Source: Catajapyx aquilonaris
Taxonomy: Eukaryota
Direction of reading: 5' to 3'
Assembly: GCA_000934665.2 (NCBI GenBank)
Contig: KZ538087.1
Span: forward strand, 62,001 to 126,000
DNA length: 64,000 nt
Shown here: piece by piece, positions 38,201-52,987 of the stretch
Position numbering within the stretch: position 1 is the first letter of the stretch
Layout: each line of letters begins with the position of its first letter
Program-made: the position numbers and the translations under genes
The notes under the pieces: model-generated
The model's database searches: none
Told to the model about the DNA's origin: nothing
What the model saw: the letters and a program-made list of their open reading frames with translations, nothing else

Positions 38201-41200
38201 CCAGCGACCTCTTTTGTCATAATATTTACCCGTATTTTTAATTCTTCAAGATTTGAAATTTAATCAGTCTATGGGCATGAAGCAATATTCCCGGACCCTG
38301 TTCGCTCTGAATATTTTAACGGGCAATTTCCGTCTGTACGTTCCGGTACGTTCCGAGCGTAATGACCTCGCATTAATAATGAAACCATATTAACCCAGGC
38401 TAGTCAATTGAGCCGTCTTGAAATGTCAAGTGAGGCCTTTGCATGTGGCTAGTCTGGCCCATATTTCCGCAATAGTCTAGAAAACCATGCATTGTGAACG
38501 GTTGGGGGGACAGAGCAGTGGGGGTTGAATTGGATGAATCAATAATGAAATCTCATCATTTGCAGTTGTTGTATAAATGATGCACCGCGTTGCTCATTTC
38601 AATACGATTGCTTGTGCATGGCAGGAATCCGCCGACAACTCCAGTTTGAATATACACGGCTGGGGGCATCCTTCACCTTTTTCCTGAATGATGTATGGCG
38701 GCTTGACGGTTATCTACGGTCTGGACATGGAGAATTAAAAGCCAGCCCGCGTGTATGTAGCCCCCAAGCCCTGGCCCCACATCAAATTCTGCTGCTGCCC
38801 CTACCCCCCACCTTCCCCCATTTGGGTGGGGGGGAGGAGAGGGAAAAAACCTTCCCCCACAGTACACTGGAGCCAGCTATAATGATTCAGCTTGTCCTCG
38901 CGTTCGGTTTTCGTTCAGGCCCAAATTAGGAACATGCAACTGGCCCGAGCATTTTCGACTCGGGTCTTGATTCAATAACGATAAGTCTGAAGGCGTTTTG
39001 CCACGAGGCAATGAGTGGCCCGTATTTTTGGAGGGTTTGCCTCTTTTATGTCCAGATTTCTATCGGACCTCTAGTTTTCTGCCTTTCACATACGGGTATG
39101 GCTGGCGTGTATGTTTTTTTTTCTTTCTAATCCTTCTTCAGTCCTTTGCAGTTGCCAGATGTAACACAAGTTGACAGCTCCTGCTAATCAGTGGTATGTT
39201 GTCAACTAGTCTTGCCAACTACTGTACTGCTATATAGGCTAGGCAGGGATCCTGTGTGTTTACAGGAGTGTTGAAGGCAGGGGCAGACACTGGGAGCCTG
39301 CAAAGCAGCGGGGGTAAGTCATGAAGAGCGGAATTGCGGTGGGCTACTGAATCCCTAGCGATAATCGGCCCGTTTTGCAGCCAATTCACGGGCTGAGCAC
39401 CCCCCCCCCCCCTTGGCCCCCTCTCACATCTCCCTAGAAATGGGCTTTGGAGGCAGGCAACTCCAGGGAATTTCTAGCTGCCGGTCCCTCTGGAAATCCG
39501 CACTTGTAACTGTTGAGTGAGACGCCCTCCTCGTTCCTCTGCCCGGTTCGACTCTATGCAAATTTCATTTTGTGATACTTGCGTCCCCCTCCTGTGCATG
39601 CATGAGAAACTTTGGTTTCCAAGGATTGTCATATATAGGATGGACACTTCTAGGCAATCGATGCGTTTTTGGAGGTGGCGGCGGTGTAGGGTGATCAATC
39701 ACCTGCATCATTCCTGTGCGTGAGAGCGGTTAGCACTAAACACCATTGCGGCCAGTAATCTAAGGACATAGTCATGTGGAGAGGTCCGCCGCGTCTGTGA
39801 TGGTCGTTTAGGCCAAGTGGAGAGTAGGGGCAATTAAACTACCAGTGGGGGGAATGCTCGTAATTTGGAGTCCAGGCGTGGGAAATTTGGGTTGGAGGAA
39901 CACAAGTGAGTGTGTTATGCATCCGGTGCAGTATAGCTATGCAGCCTTGCTGCACCAGTTGTTGCTGCAGACTGGGCTCCCAGAATAGCCCAGTTTCCGG
40001 GCCTCTTTTCTCAGAAGACCCGAATATCCGGATGGGGTCATTCACGGCCGACGGCTTCTTTCTGTCCGCATAAATTATACACCTGCTGCCAAGGGCCGGC
40101 ATTGCACTGGCGTATCGGCCAGCTTTTTAATTATGCGCCTGCCTGCCCCGGATTAAAATTTCATTTCACAGCACTTACGGGTATTAGAGACTCTTGAAAG
40201 TTGGGGGGGCCTAACCTGTGCACGCTCCTTGCTTCCTTGCCGACCGGGATTATCGCCACTGCTTTCAAATGTACTTTTTTATATAAAAAATGACCGCTGA
40301 TCCACCCAGCGCCATTATGGGAACGAACGTGATTACAGCGAGAAGGTTCCGGTACATACATAATCAATACAACAGGATTATGATTTCTTTCTGGTGAAAA
40401 AAAATGCTCAAGTAACGTCCAACATTCACGCCCATTGCTGCACCTTCTTTGTGTGATTGAAGCGGAAAGAGGAATCGCAACGGATCCATTTCCTACGCTT
40501 TGTGTTATTAGAGTCTGGAAATTCACTCCAGCTCACGCGGATGAATCTCATATCGCATCAGCAAAGTAGCAACGTGCCGCGTGCCTCGCAAAGAATTCGC
40601 CCGAGAGGTTTGTTTTCCCAACGGTGATCCGTCTTTTCGGACGAAATAAGCCCTAGTCCAATATCAAATCAGAAGGACTGCCGTAGGAATTTTTATCCCT
40701 TTGTAAAAAGAAAAACAGAAATCCGGAAGGCCTGCAACAATATTTCAGTACAGCCCTTCAAAATGCGGTATGATTGGAAACGTGTCACCACATCTTTCCA
40801 CCCCCTGAAATAGTGCTACCCTCTAAACAGGGGGAATTGATTGGTTGCTGGGTGAGTCAGGATATGATGTGACTTCATACGGTTAGTATAGTGAATACTT
40901 GAGGATGAGAAACTAACGAGCCCTGTTTATTTATAGAACCCTGTAGTCTAGTCTAGCTAGAAAGGTTTCACGAGTTTCAAGCGCGAGGCGTTCCCCATGT
41001 ATATTCCAAATGCCCTGAAGATTTTTCCCCAGGCTTATTTGCTGAAAAATTAAGCAAAGGTTAGCCCGTGTCGGAAAAATGAAATGTTACAGAAATTATT
41101 TATACGCGCAAAGGTCAAGTGGTCGAGTCTTTTTCACTTGCATGTAGAGCAAAAGGTCAGCCCCACAGCTATAAAAAGATTCGCTAACACCGTCCAGCTT

Positions 41201-44200
41201 CTCTTATGAATGTAACCAATTTTAGACTCTTGCCAGAGCAATATGTCATTATTTGAAAAAAGCAAATATCCGGCACGTTGTAATACCTTTGTTACCCATA
41301 TTTATGGTGCCAGCCAGACCACAGACGCTCGAAACAAGAGCCGAAAGTAGTGTGTAGCAATGGGCGGATGTCGCCACAACATTGACGGATGACTTGCCTT
41401 TGGAGTGGAAATTCCTGAGGGCCAGCCCTGCCCAGTTTGACACTTGGCTCCGACCTCAAGAATTCGGCAAACTCACTCGTCGCCGGCTGGAAGGGGGGTG
41501 TAGGGAGGTAGGAGGAGGAGGGGATTAATGGGGAGGCTGAATCCCTGTCTTCTACTTGAGTCCTCGCCGACACCGTCTTGAAGGTAGCCGCCTATATACC
41601 CCTGGGCATCCTTTTGTGCGAGACAACTGGAAAAGCATTCCGCACAACTAATTTTTCACAACTAGTTGGTACTCTATATAGGAAAGTCAGTCGATGCCAG
41701 AATATTTTTCGGACATTTGCAAGTATTTTGTACTCCCTCCCTCCCCCTCAGTTAGAATTTGATGGGTAAGTGCAGACTATTGTTGGTGAGAGTTGAGGAG
41801 AGCACTCTTTGCCAAAGTTGGCTGGGTCCTGCTATACTGCTGGGCAGGCCGGGAGACAATGCCAGCACTCAAGAATTGGCCGTGGAAATGGAACAATGGT
41901 TTTCTCCTGATGGGAGGCTAGAGAAAATGAAGGAAGGTGGGGGTCGGTGGGGGAATAAATAAGCGGGGAGGAAAGGGAGAGCAAGCGCAGAGTTAGTACG
42001 GCTCCAGGGCATGACACGTGGAAGCCTTCATTTCTCGCCCAAGCCCAAGTGCTAGCTCTCGACACTTCTCAGTCGATACATTGATTCTTTTTGGGATTGT
42101 GTCTCAGGTTGAAAGGACAGGGGACCCCCTCCTGCTATATTTGATTCAGCCTTTTTTTTTCTAGGCGTAAGAAAGTCGTATAAGATAACGCAGATAAAGT
42201 CAAGTCTTGTGTTTTCTAATTAGGAGCCCACCGTTATGAAGGGAAGTAACCGCATCCCCCGTTGCCTTTAGTGCTTCATTTTTTGGGTCGAAGAGGGGAA
42301 AAATCTGACACTGAGCAAATTTTTGGCCGAAAAGGCTCTTNCCCCCCCCCCAAGCAGGCGGCACCATGCCATTACCAGCAGAGTATGAAAAGGAGCGCCA
42401 TCGACCAAAGTGACATCCGCTTGCTTGGCACGTGTATAAAGAAGTTTTTGAAGAAGCGAAACCTCCTCCAAAAGTATGTCTCCTACTCGGGGGTATCGAT
42501 TCTTGAGCACGATAATTCATCTGAGGGCCCCCAGAATATTAAGCCCATGTTTTCCAAGATTCCCGATTCTTCTTGTGACACTAAAGTTTCTGGCCGGGGA
42601 ATATTAGCTTGATTTATAACTCTCTTTATTTCCCTAACAGGACGCACATAATTCCTCTCTCTTCTAACCCGCTTTTTGGGACTTAACCTCCTTGCCTAAA
42701 ACCAACGTCACCATCTTTGTTTACGCGGGAACCTTGTGACCCCCTCCAGGTTGCAAATTCCTATCCTGAGCCCTCTTCTACCCATCCTCCCTTTTGGGTG
42801 GGCCGAGATGGAGGATGGCAGGAGGAATCTCTTCCGCCAGAGGGCGTTTGTAGCCCGTGATAAAGCGCCGGCTTGGGCATAAAACAAGGGCATTACCTTG
42901 TGGAGGTTGCTTAGCTTCCGGCCTACACGCCATTCTGCCTCATATTTTGCTTATTAAGGGAGGCTTTGTGCACCTAGCTTCACCTCAGCCTATGCACAGC
43001 ATGCACCGCTGGGGATAGGTTTCAAAAGTCGGTGGCCTCTGATGCCTCTGCGCTTCTATCCTAGGTTTACACGGCATCTGGATTCCCAGTTGACTCCCCC
43101 AAAGCTCATTTTTTTTGTGCCATGGCGCATAGGGAGAAGGAGAAGAAATAAGGGGACGGGGGCCATGTTTGAAGAGCAAACAATTGGGGGCAAATGAGAT
43201 GCTGCTATTCCTCCACAACTCATGGCACGTGATTCCGCCTAACCTTAGGGAAAGCCTGCAGCTGGAGACTCCCCATAAACCAACTAAACACCCCTTTATC
43301 ACACGACCCAAGTTAAACAGAGGGAATGATCCAAAATTAATGATCGATTCTGTTCTGCTTTTTTATCCCCCCNNNNCCCCCCCCTCCCTCCCTCTCCACT
43401 TGCTTCTTATGATGCCAGAATAAGCAAACCCGGGCTTGGGTTTTTGGCTTATTGGAGCACTGATATGATGGGCATGAAACATCCGATAGGGCTCCAATCA
43501 AGTTGTGGGACCAGCATTTTAGTCATGCGCTGACACGATGCGTTAATGTGCGTTATTATGCGGCACAGCTGTTTATTGCGTTAGTCCGCTGGCTTAAAAG
43601 ATTAATGCGAAGAGCAAACCCCCAAGTTGGACCTTGATGCTTAACTTGTCGGACCCTCATGGTACATATTTGTTGAAATAATTTTGGAAGGGGGGAAGCA
43701 CTTTGTCATCAAAAATAAGTGGACAGGCCCTTTGAAGTGTCAAATGGTTAATCACCCGTGTTGGCCGAGTAAGTGAGGCATTTTTTGTCAAAAGTGTTTC
43801 GCTCTACCTTTTTTTTGCGCGCCAATTGGGGGATGGTGGAAGCGATTGCTGCGTCTATTTGCGCTTGCATCACGTTTTTTGCTATTAAAGTACAAGTACA
43901 TTTATAACGTGTTATGTGAAGTCATGTTATATTAGTTCACTTTAGAGAGTTCACTTTGAAGAAAATAAATTGAGGCAGTTTTTTCTCCAGAAAGCAGCAT
44001 ATCCGATAAGTGCTCAAATATGCCATACACTCTATAACATAAACGTCTGAAATATCCTTTGCAATTGTAATAGTTGTAAGATTAAAAAACTACCGCTAAT
44101 CAAGGCAAGATTTGAACTTTCCATGAAGTCATCATCATCATCCTCATGAATCGAGACCGAACCTCTTTCGGGTAACGGAGGTCCTTAGAGGTGATTTCAT

Positions 44201-44338
44201 CGGGTAATGTCCGAGGCACATTAGCGAAGTTAGATGCTGATTATTATCACATTAGCAGGCGCTGCAGATTCAAATATAAGCTGGTACTTTCATTTCCTAA
44301 AGTACGAGAGGCTTTACGTGCAGGAATCGATTATTCTC

Positions 44339-44394
44339 TTTACATCAGGTGTTTCAGAATTGAGCTCCTATCCGTATGTCGGTAAAAAATCTCG
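44339..44394 (+). repeat. Dispersed repeat fragment, family B copy 2
   Basis: TTTACATCAGGTGTTTCAGAATTGAGCTCCTATCCGTATGTCGGTAAAAAATCTCG aligns with 25633-25685 (16-bp exact core plus a second 13-bp block). Confidence 0.55.
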
Positions 44395-46312
44395 ATAAAA
44401 AGCCTCGGCTGCCTCGCGTTCCAGTGTGCTGTAACATGCACCATGTATGCTTATCTACACAAGCAATATGTCGTGGTCAAGTATAAAAATTTGGCATATA
44501 GACTACACCCAGTTTTATACTTGGCCGTATTATGACCGTGTGTAATCTTTCCCCTCCACTCCCTCAAAATGATAATTATTCTGGGGGCAGAAGGTTCAGA
44601 TGTGAAAAATTAGTGGAAAAGAGGGGACGGGGAGTAGAGGTTACATTTGCTCATCCTGTCCCCCTTACACGTACAAAAATTATGGTTAACAGCTTTAGTG
44701 CCTGGCCATATGAGCATGAAATCTAATTTGGCATGCGTAAATCCCAGGTTGGTGAAATTCTCCGACATATGCTGTTATGCTATAAAAATTACAGTAGGCC
44801 TGTTATTTTTTACCAAGGGAAATCCAGGAGAAACTTCATCCACGTTCGATATTTTTTTTTTGCGGTCAAAAAGTATTTTCTGAAAGAACGTTACAAAAGA
44901 ACAAGAATACCTCTTATAATGTAATGTTAGAGACGTAGTAATTTCTGTTAAAACATATTTTCTTTGTGAGAATTATACCGGCATAGTTGTGTGTAACCTC
45001 CGCATATGGTTTAGGTATAGAGCGATTCCTTTGCCTATTATAAAGCGCCATTTTTAGCTGCGAGGCTTAATTATACATGCAGCTTGAGGCGAAAATTAAA
45101 TTTATATTTTGTTACCAACAGTAAGGCGACTCATCCAGGTTACAACACCTGTTTAGCAACGGTGGCAGGCTGGTAGTGCGCTGCAGGATATTCTCTATGC
45201 TTCCTATGGTAATACACGTATAATAAACCTAATTGCTGCAGCACGCCGTAATTAAGGGAGTGAGCGATTGTACGAACGAAAATTAGGGAACATTTCCGAT
45301 TATGCACAAGTATTCGCAATACATAATCCAAGATTTTCTTCTTATTGAGTTGATGCAATCTACCCTAATGTCCTCATGCATCGGCGCTCTAAATCATTTT
45401 AGGCCGGAAAAGAGCTAGAGAAGTTTGTTATTGATTGTTGGCAACAATGCATGGGCTCTTTTGGGGGTCTGAAAATTATTAGAGCTACGGTGCAACCGGG
45501 CCTAAGCATCTCAGCCAAGAACGACGTAGAGTATTTGGTAATTTGGTAAATAATAGCCCTACCCGAAGCACCTCCATAAGTTACTGACCAACCTGTATTT
45601 GTTTCTCAATTGATACGGAAAATATAAAATTTTTCCGAAAAGATGAGACAGAAGGTATTGAGAAATTTATCGTAACTTTGGCAGGAAAACGGGGGTGAGA
45701 CTGAAAATAGGTGTGCTGACTCAGAAAAATTTCCATTCATATATAGCGTGTTGATCAACTACACACCAGCAGTACAATGTACCGTAGTATACGTATGAGC
45801 GTGTTCTGACAGATTTGGCTCATATTCATCAGACTGTATCCACAGCAAATACGGAAAAACTCTCTCAAATATATTTCAGTCTTTATCCATGTTTACGTCC
45901 CTTTTTAGACATTGTAGTATTTACCTGTCGTCAGTCTTAACATTTTAAAGTCTCTGTTGAACTCATACTGAAGATACCAAAATTATGATCGCAATAACCA
46001 ATAAGCAAAACCTTGCTGTAGTGCATCAACTAACATTCAAAGTAAAATTATTTTCAATTACATAAACAAGTGTTTCATAATTTATGGCAACTATGGAACA
46101 CCATAGTTTTTATCTGCGCAGCTTCTAATGCATGTTTGAGCACTCCACGAAATCCGATTTTACGATGCAACAGTGGAGATCCCATTGCATTCACATTTAT
46201 AACACGCATATTCTATTCTACATTACATATATAAATTAAACCGTACTTGCATTCATTCCTAACTTCCATAACACATTCGACATGCACAGCAAGTCTGGCG
46301 TTATCCAGTATA

Positions 46313-46737
46313 CAGGGTGTATCTGAACTCAGTGCCCCGACGTATATGAGTGCCTTCCTAGCCACCAGAGGATCAACTTATGTAGAGGAGTCATTATGTC
46401 TGGGCAGCCTCATTACTGAGATACACTCTTTAGCGATTTTTGCCTAATCGCTCCTTCTGACTTTTAAATAGAATTTTCTGGTGTAACTAGCCAAAGAGGC
46501 CTTACCACATGTGGGCAACAAACCAACACAGTCCGGCCCCCAGACCTTCCAGAGCCTTCTGACTGGGGGAGGGTTCGATGGGTGGCCTAACCGACAGGAT
46601 ATTTTGTACTACATGTTTGCGGGCATTTATCTCCGTAATGCGGCGGCCAGACATGATGACTCCTATACTTAAATCGATCCTCTGGTGGCTAGGAAGGCAG
46701 TCATATACGTCGGGGCACTGAGTTCAGATACACCCTG
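46313..46737. mobile_element. Young Tc1/mariner-type MITE (425 bp) with ~115-bp terminal inverted repeats and TA target-site duplication
   Basis: TA|CAGGGTGTATCTGAACTCAGTGCCCCGACGTATATGA...: the first 37 bp are a perfect inverse of the right end (...TCATATACGTCGGGGCACTGAGTTCAGATACACCCTG|TA), and high identity continues for about 100-115 bp. No transposase ORF. Confidence 0.93.
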
Positions 46738-49700
46738 TATATATATATATATATTTAAACTGGTCCAGCACCATACTGTTCATCCAAAAAGCTGATATGA
46801 AGAGTTTCTGATACAAGTTCATTGTTTAATGTTTGTTTGGACGTCCAGTTTGACAAGCTCGGTGCAACTCATTCCTCTCAGGAAACAAGCTTCGAACTTT
46901 GTGTCTGTGTAAAATATGGCCTGGCGAAAAGTTGAGTCTCGTGGGGATTTAGTCGAGATCTGTCCGGGGCCTGTGATACCCGTCTCTAACAAAAGACCAC
47001 AAAAATCTACTTGGAAAAGTTCCCACGTGATCCAGTCAAGCCGAATTTTGCGAAATTGAACGAGGCAAAGTCGGCACTATATTTTATTCATAAATTCATG
47101 GAGAGGATATAACACAACAGGCTTATGAAAGTTGAGGGGGGGGGGATATTTTTCTCCCTCCATTTTTATATATATACAGTATATGAAGGGCTTGTGTTTG
47201 TCTGGAGGGCAACAGAACGCTTTACGAGCACAGATGATTGAGAAGCGGTTGAAGAGGAATAAAACGCAAATCCTCGTATTTTAGAGCCCGTCGGTGTGTT
47301 TCACTATACGGAGGAAGAAAAGGTTCTCAAGACGTCGAATATAAAAAAAGTTTTACGTCTCTATAAGCGAGAAGTTGCATCCTGCAGATGCCACACGGAT
47401 TAAGTGTGCGAAACAACTGGTAGGATCGGACGACCAGTGTACAAGTCATTTCTACGAACTGTATACAGTTTGTTTTTTTTTGCCTTAAGGTTTTCTCGAG
47501 GTCGGAAGGCCAGTGAATTTCTTCAGACTATCTGTATAGGACGCCCAGTGTAACTGCATTACTTTTCCATGCCGTCCTCTCCATTCAGTCCCGGCTGCTT
47601 CTTGTTTTATTCATTCTTTTCTCTCTTTTTACTTCCGCTCCCCTACTTTCAGATAGATGGATACTGAAAGTATAGAACTCCCTCCCTCTCCTTATGACTT
47701 TCAGAGCAAAACGTAGAGCATCACCCGGAGATTGCTCAGTGTTTGCTAGTATAGGATAGAGCGTCAGGGGGTCTGAAATAAAATAGGCATCCGGGATAGT
47801 TTGCACCGGGGGGGAGTGTAACACTGATTTTATGGATGGAATTACAGCCGATTCCGGTAAACTATTTGTACTTCAAACGAAAGTGGATACAAACAGACGC
47901 TGAGAGCGCTATTTGTACGGCAAACTATTCCACTTAACCTCAACCACCAGTTAAATAGTTGAACTGCAGCTACTGTTAATCCGATGCGTATTGAAGCGAG
48001 CATTTAAGCCCTTTAAACTAACGTGGTGTCCAGGGGACTGGTGTTTGTGCTTTTTTTTCCACATGGCTTGTTCACCGCCGGAATGAATTAAGTAAAAGAA
48101 TCGAATGCAAAACACCAGCAGAAGAGTTAACCATATAAGCCATGTTTTGTGGTGAAGAGTGCGTGATATTTGGGTTTAGTGGTATACGGGTTTGTTGCTC
48201 TTGTGGACTCATGTTTAATTCATTGCATAATTAACTGCACGTTTAATTGAAGTACTGTACAAAAATGGTCCCGGTTGGGGATAGGAAAGGCATTTTAAAA
48301 CTGCGTTATGTGTTTGTGGCAGTAAATTGGCGTTCATTTTTTGTGTATTTCAATGGTGCGTATATTATTTCCTTGGGCCATATGGCTGTTGCAGCCGGAG
48401 TATATATGCCGGTTTTGATTGCATTTTATGCGCAGGGAACCTGTAAGCGAAGAGTAGACTGCATGGCCGCTACTTGCATTGCAGATCCATCAGTTAGAGC
48501 CTGCCAATTCTCGGCACAGTACACGTACAAGGATATGCTTTTGGATTTGGAATCCCAGTTAGGCCTGGGAAAGGCTGTTTTCCGAACAATTGTGTCGCAA
48601 ACGTGTTAAAGAGAGGCGAGATTCCGTGCAGTGCATTTGGGACAATTCGATCTAAAGGCCTTGTAAATTGGGGCTGGCATTGTGGGACTTGGGTGTGTGT
48701 CCATGAGGCGTGGAAAGAGCGTTCCCTAATCACGGCCCCTTTCCTCTTGGCCATTATCGCAGAGTCAAACTGCCAATTTCCCGACCAATTAACTAGGCGG
48801 GTAATTTTGGTGCAGTGTCTAGCCGGCCTTCCAAAACCGGGACGTCCAGCAAGATTTTTACAACCCCATGCCAATTCCCAATTCCAACTGTCCTCTGTTC
48901 CCTTCTGATAACGCGAATTCTCTCTCGTGCCCGGACGCAATAGGACCAGCTTTGCAGGACATTGTCAAAGGGTTTATCTTCCGACTCGCATTAAAACACT
49001 GCTAAGAATAATTCATGCTCTCATTTTTTGCACAGGCAAGCGGCAAGTCTGTAACACTGATCCCCTTGCACGGTTTAGGAGCGTACCAAAGTGCGGCTTT
49101 AACGGTGACGGTACCTTCTTTATCCGGGCGTTCCGTTTCTGCAGATTTCTCTCCTAGATCCCCTCCCATGTATCCCTACTATCAGGTCGCCCGTCTCTCC
49201 TTTTTTTCATAAAGGCGCTGGGGGCCTCTATCCATCTGGATCTGCGAGTAGCAGCGGTGTGAAGTTGCAGTTGTAAGAGAAGAGGGGCCCTGGAAGCAAT
49301 ATGCTTCGGGTTCCTAGGCAAAAAGACCTGCCAACTCCCGCTTTCGTTTAGACAAGAACTTTTCATATTCCAACAAAAGACTCAGCAGCACTAACTGGAG
49401 AGAGCAACGAATTTCCATACTTGGTTCAGCACTTATTTTTATCAAAATTGTTATTTTTTTTGTGACCAGACCAGATGTCATTTTGATGACCAGTTTGGGT
49501 TTCCTAGGGAGTGGAAAGGTCCGGCGACAATTTCAAGTTTCTCTGGCGTCGGATCCAAACCCACTAGGATTTCCGTGGCTGTAATTGGAGGGGTGGTTTA
49601 CGGGTCAATAGTGGAACCCAGTTGATCGAACTAATGGGACCCGGAAAGGAAGGCTGACTTCTACTCTTAAGTAAGGCTACTATAAAATGCACACGTCATT

Positions 49701-52700
49701 AGACACGAGCATCGCATCGCATTAACGCCCAACTCCTTTTGTATAGTAATTTACCCTCGCTTCGATTGCAAATGCTAATCGCTAGCGTGGTTTTGTAAAT
49801 CTGGCAAGAAATCGATGACACTTGGTAGCATAAGTAGTTTGATGGAAAGCGGCAATTAGGTTTCTCCATGCATACCCGCCGCAGCATAATGATGGATCCA
49901 TCAAGATTAAAACTCGCTTTCCCCCCCCCTCCCCCCCCCCAGAAAATGATCGACTGGCGCCTTAATCACGCCTTACCTTATTGCAATCCCGTGTATCACA
50001 TCACCAACATGGATATAAGGAAGCGGCTATAGAAGGAGGTGTGGAAGAGAGGGGGGAGGGGGAGGTTTAATATTTATTGTGGAGAAAGGGAGATGTGAGG
50101 CAGAAAGCGCCATCGGAATGGTTGTCATGGGCACAAGACGGTCATTGGGAGGCTTTTTCCCGGAACCCAAAGCTCCCTCGAGAGTCGCCAATCATGGCAA
50201 AAGAGGATCTTGGCTGCATTATTACACGCGGTTCCCCATATCCCTCCCTATACCCCCCTCCTTCCTACCCCTCCCCCCGGAAGGAATTTTAGGGGCATTT
50301 ATTGCCCGCTTGGGCACCTTGAGAGACGATGATTTTTTGGTGGGAAAGACAAAAAAAAAAAAAAACAAGGAGTGAACAAAACGTTGGTGTACTCTTCAGG
50401 AGCGAGGAAGCGCTAAGGTTGTTAAGGAACACCCATCGATTCTTTCATTTACACAAGAATCCCAAGGATTCTTCAATTTGCAGCCCCGGATTTTTTTTTT
50501 TTTCAACTCTATTTGCTAGTAGTCCCTGCACTGTATAGTGTGGTTTATTTTTTAAACACCACAGCACGCAAATGTTTTTTTTTTGCTCAACCAGATTTCC
50601 GACGATTCATTACATTATAGTGGAATAATTGATTACTTTTGAATCAAAAGCAAACCGTGGATTGGAAGCACAAATTTTGCACTATTTGTCAACCGGTCGT
50701 GTGAGCGAGTGTCGACATACATTATTTGTAGCCATTAGGCGTCATGAAAAACAGCGATTGAATTCTGCCCGCACCAGGCGTCACACTACATGCACTACCG
50801 CATTCAAGATTTGAATATTTAATAGTGCTTTTCATCAAATATGACAAACGTGAATGGCAAAATTACTTTTGTAATGAATGTCGGTCGGAGTGTCAAATTA
50901 AGCCTGGCTTTGCGCGGCGATAAATCAGGCTGTATGGCCCCCGTGGATTTCCATTCACCTGAGTCGATTCTAGGAAGACGATGGGAAGGGACCAGAAATG
51001 AAGATGGCGGCAGCAAAAGGCCAGTCTTTTCTTGTTTCCTCTCTACCAGGGACGAATACGCCAATTCGCTGGGATTTTATTGCGGGACCTAAGAAGGTGC
51101 TTTGTTTGCAAAAACACGCCGAGCGTCCAAGCCCTGCACTATTCTCCGCGCGTGCCATTCAAAACCTGATAGGCCCCAACTTCTGCCTGCTGCAGGGGAG
51201 AAAAACACTACAAATTGTGCATAATAAATTGCAATTTTTTTCGCTTTTCAAAAAAATATATATATTTTGACAAATCAGTCGCCAGTTGGCGCCAGCAAGC
51301 GAGCAACTCATTTTGCTTCACCACTGGAAGCCGACATGCAAACTTGGGTCCCGTGACGTTAATTACATAGCTAAGAGCTTGTTGGTACAACAACATTACC
51401 TAATGAGGAAAAGTGCACGGGGGAGGCAGGTATTATTGTCGTTTCTCCACAGAAAAAAAACGTCGCAAATGCCCTAAAGCAGGGTTAAAGTAAAACGAGT
51501 CCGGTTATCTCCGAAAAGATGTTCCAGTGTTGCAGGGAATCTGGAATCGGTGCGGAAGAGGAATAGTTTATGGAGATAAACGGAGAGGTGGAAGAGGAGG
51601 AAGAGGAGAAGAATGACTTCCTCTGGAGTGGTGACAGCGGAACATTCCTTTCCGGACGAAGAGTTAATAACTTAAAGCGACGTATCTCGACAGAGAAAAA
51701 GCGAGCCCTGTAGGCAGAACCCCCTCCTCTTTTTAGGTTGAGGGGGGAAAATGAAATTAACGCAACCGTCTCCCCCCATGGTGGATATTAACATGTACTC
51801 GCGTCAATGCACGTCATGCTGGGCGTCAACAGGAGCCCCATTTGCGGCCTCGTTAAATGGATCATGCTTTTGATGAATTCGTGCGCGATAACCTCGCTTC
51901 CATCCTGTTCGTGGTCAGCCCTTTTTTCACTGTGCAGGGAGGCAATATTGTGCAGGGAGTAACATGCTGTCACAAAGGGGGGGAGTGTCCTCAGTACGGA
52001 AGATTGGGAAACACTGTCACCGCAGCACCGCCATGTCCGGCGTGTTGTCTACCCAGCGTGGATACAAACTTGTGATATCTATACACATCACAGCCCTATA
52101 GCCTAATCGGTTCAATCATGTCTGTTGTAAACCGATTCGGATAGTATCATAAAGATGCACCATCCTACCGTGTAGCAGGCTCCCTCTTGGTTTACAACCA
52201 CCGATAAAACCCACTCAAGTAATCACGCTGCACTCTTTCTCCCGGAGAGGTATTTACGGACCGATAATGACTTTCCGCTTGTGGAATTGATTTCACGTTG
52301 ACGTTTGGGAGGGCGTGAATTTTTTTTTTTCTCTGGAGAGGATATATTCTATGTACAAGTGGGGGGAATGGGGGGTGGGGGGTCCCAAGTATCAGATTTA
52401 GGTGGTTGCAACCAAGAAGGGCGAAGCGAGCACAAAAGGGGAGTAGGATTTACACGCGAGTGCAAGTGTCACGAGCTTTTCTGGTGCGTGCCACAGTTGC
52501 CTAATGGGATCCCTGCTTGCTTTGTCTGCTCGCTTAATAAGTCCACCTTCTACGTTAAGTTTTAATTTCGTTAATTAAAGGCCCGACGAAGCCCTAAACA
52601 TGCTCTTTTATCTGTCGTTTTTCTTCCTCCCCCTGCTCCCTATACTCCCCATTTGTTCTTTTGTACTGCTCCTGCTCGTCTCGAGGCTCATGCTAATACG

Positions 52701-52987
52701 TGCGTTCTTTCCCTCCGATCGATTGCCTTTGATTAACAATGTCCCTTATCAAGACGCTTCGGGCCAAAATAATACGTCACGTTTCCTGATATTGCGTACC
52801 CTTAGGGTGGAACATTTTTTTGTGTTTTTCAGTGCGGCCATGGAAAGAGGGCCGCATCGGTATAGCCCTATACCATATATTTACGAGTCAGGAAACCCTC
52901 GGATCAGCCTGTTTTAGTTTACAATCCGGTTCAAAACTTGTGTTTTGGGAGCAAGATTGCTTCCCCCAGGGTACGGTGGCTGCTGCG

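Noticed and set aside
26638..47030. High-affinity Su(H) sites CGTGGGAA (near 26638, 39877 and 47020) as a Notch-responsive module
   Set aside because: About two are expected by chance in 64 kb on both strands, and they are neither clustered nor paired.
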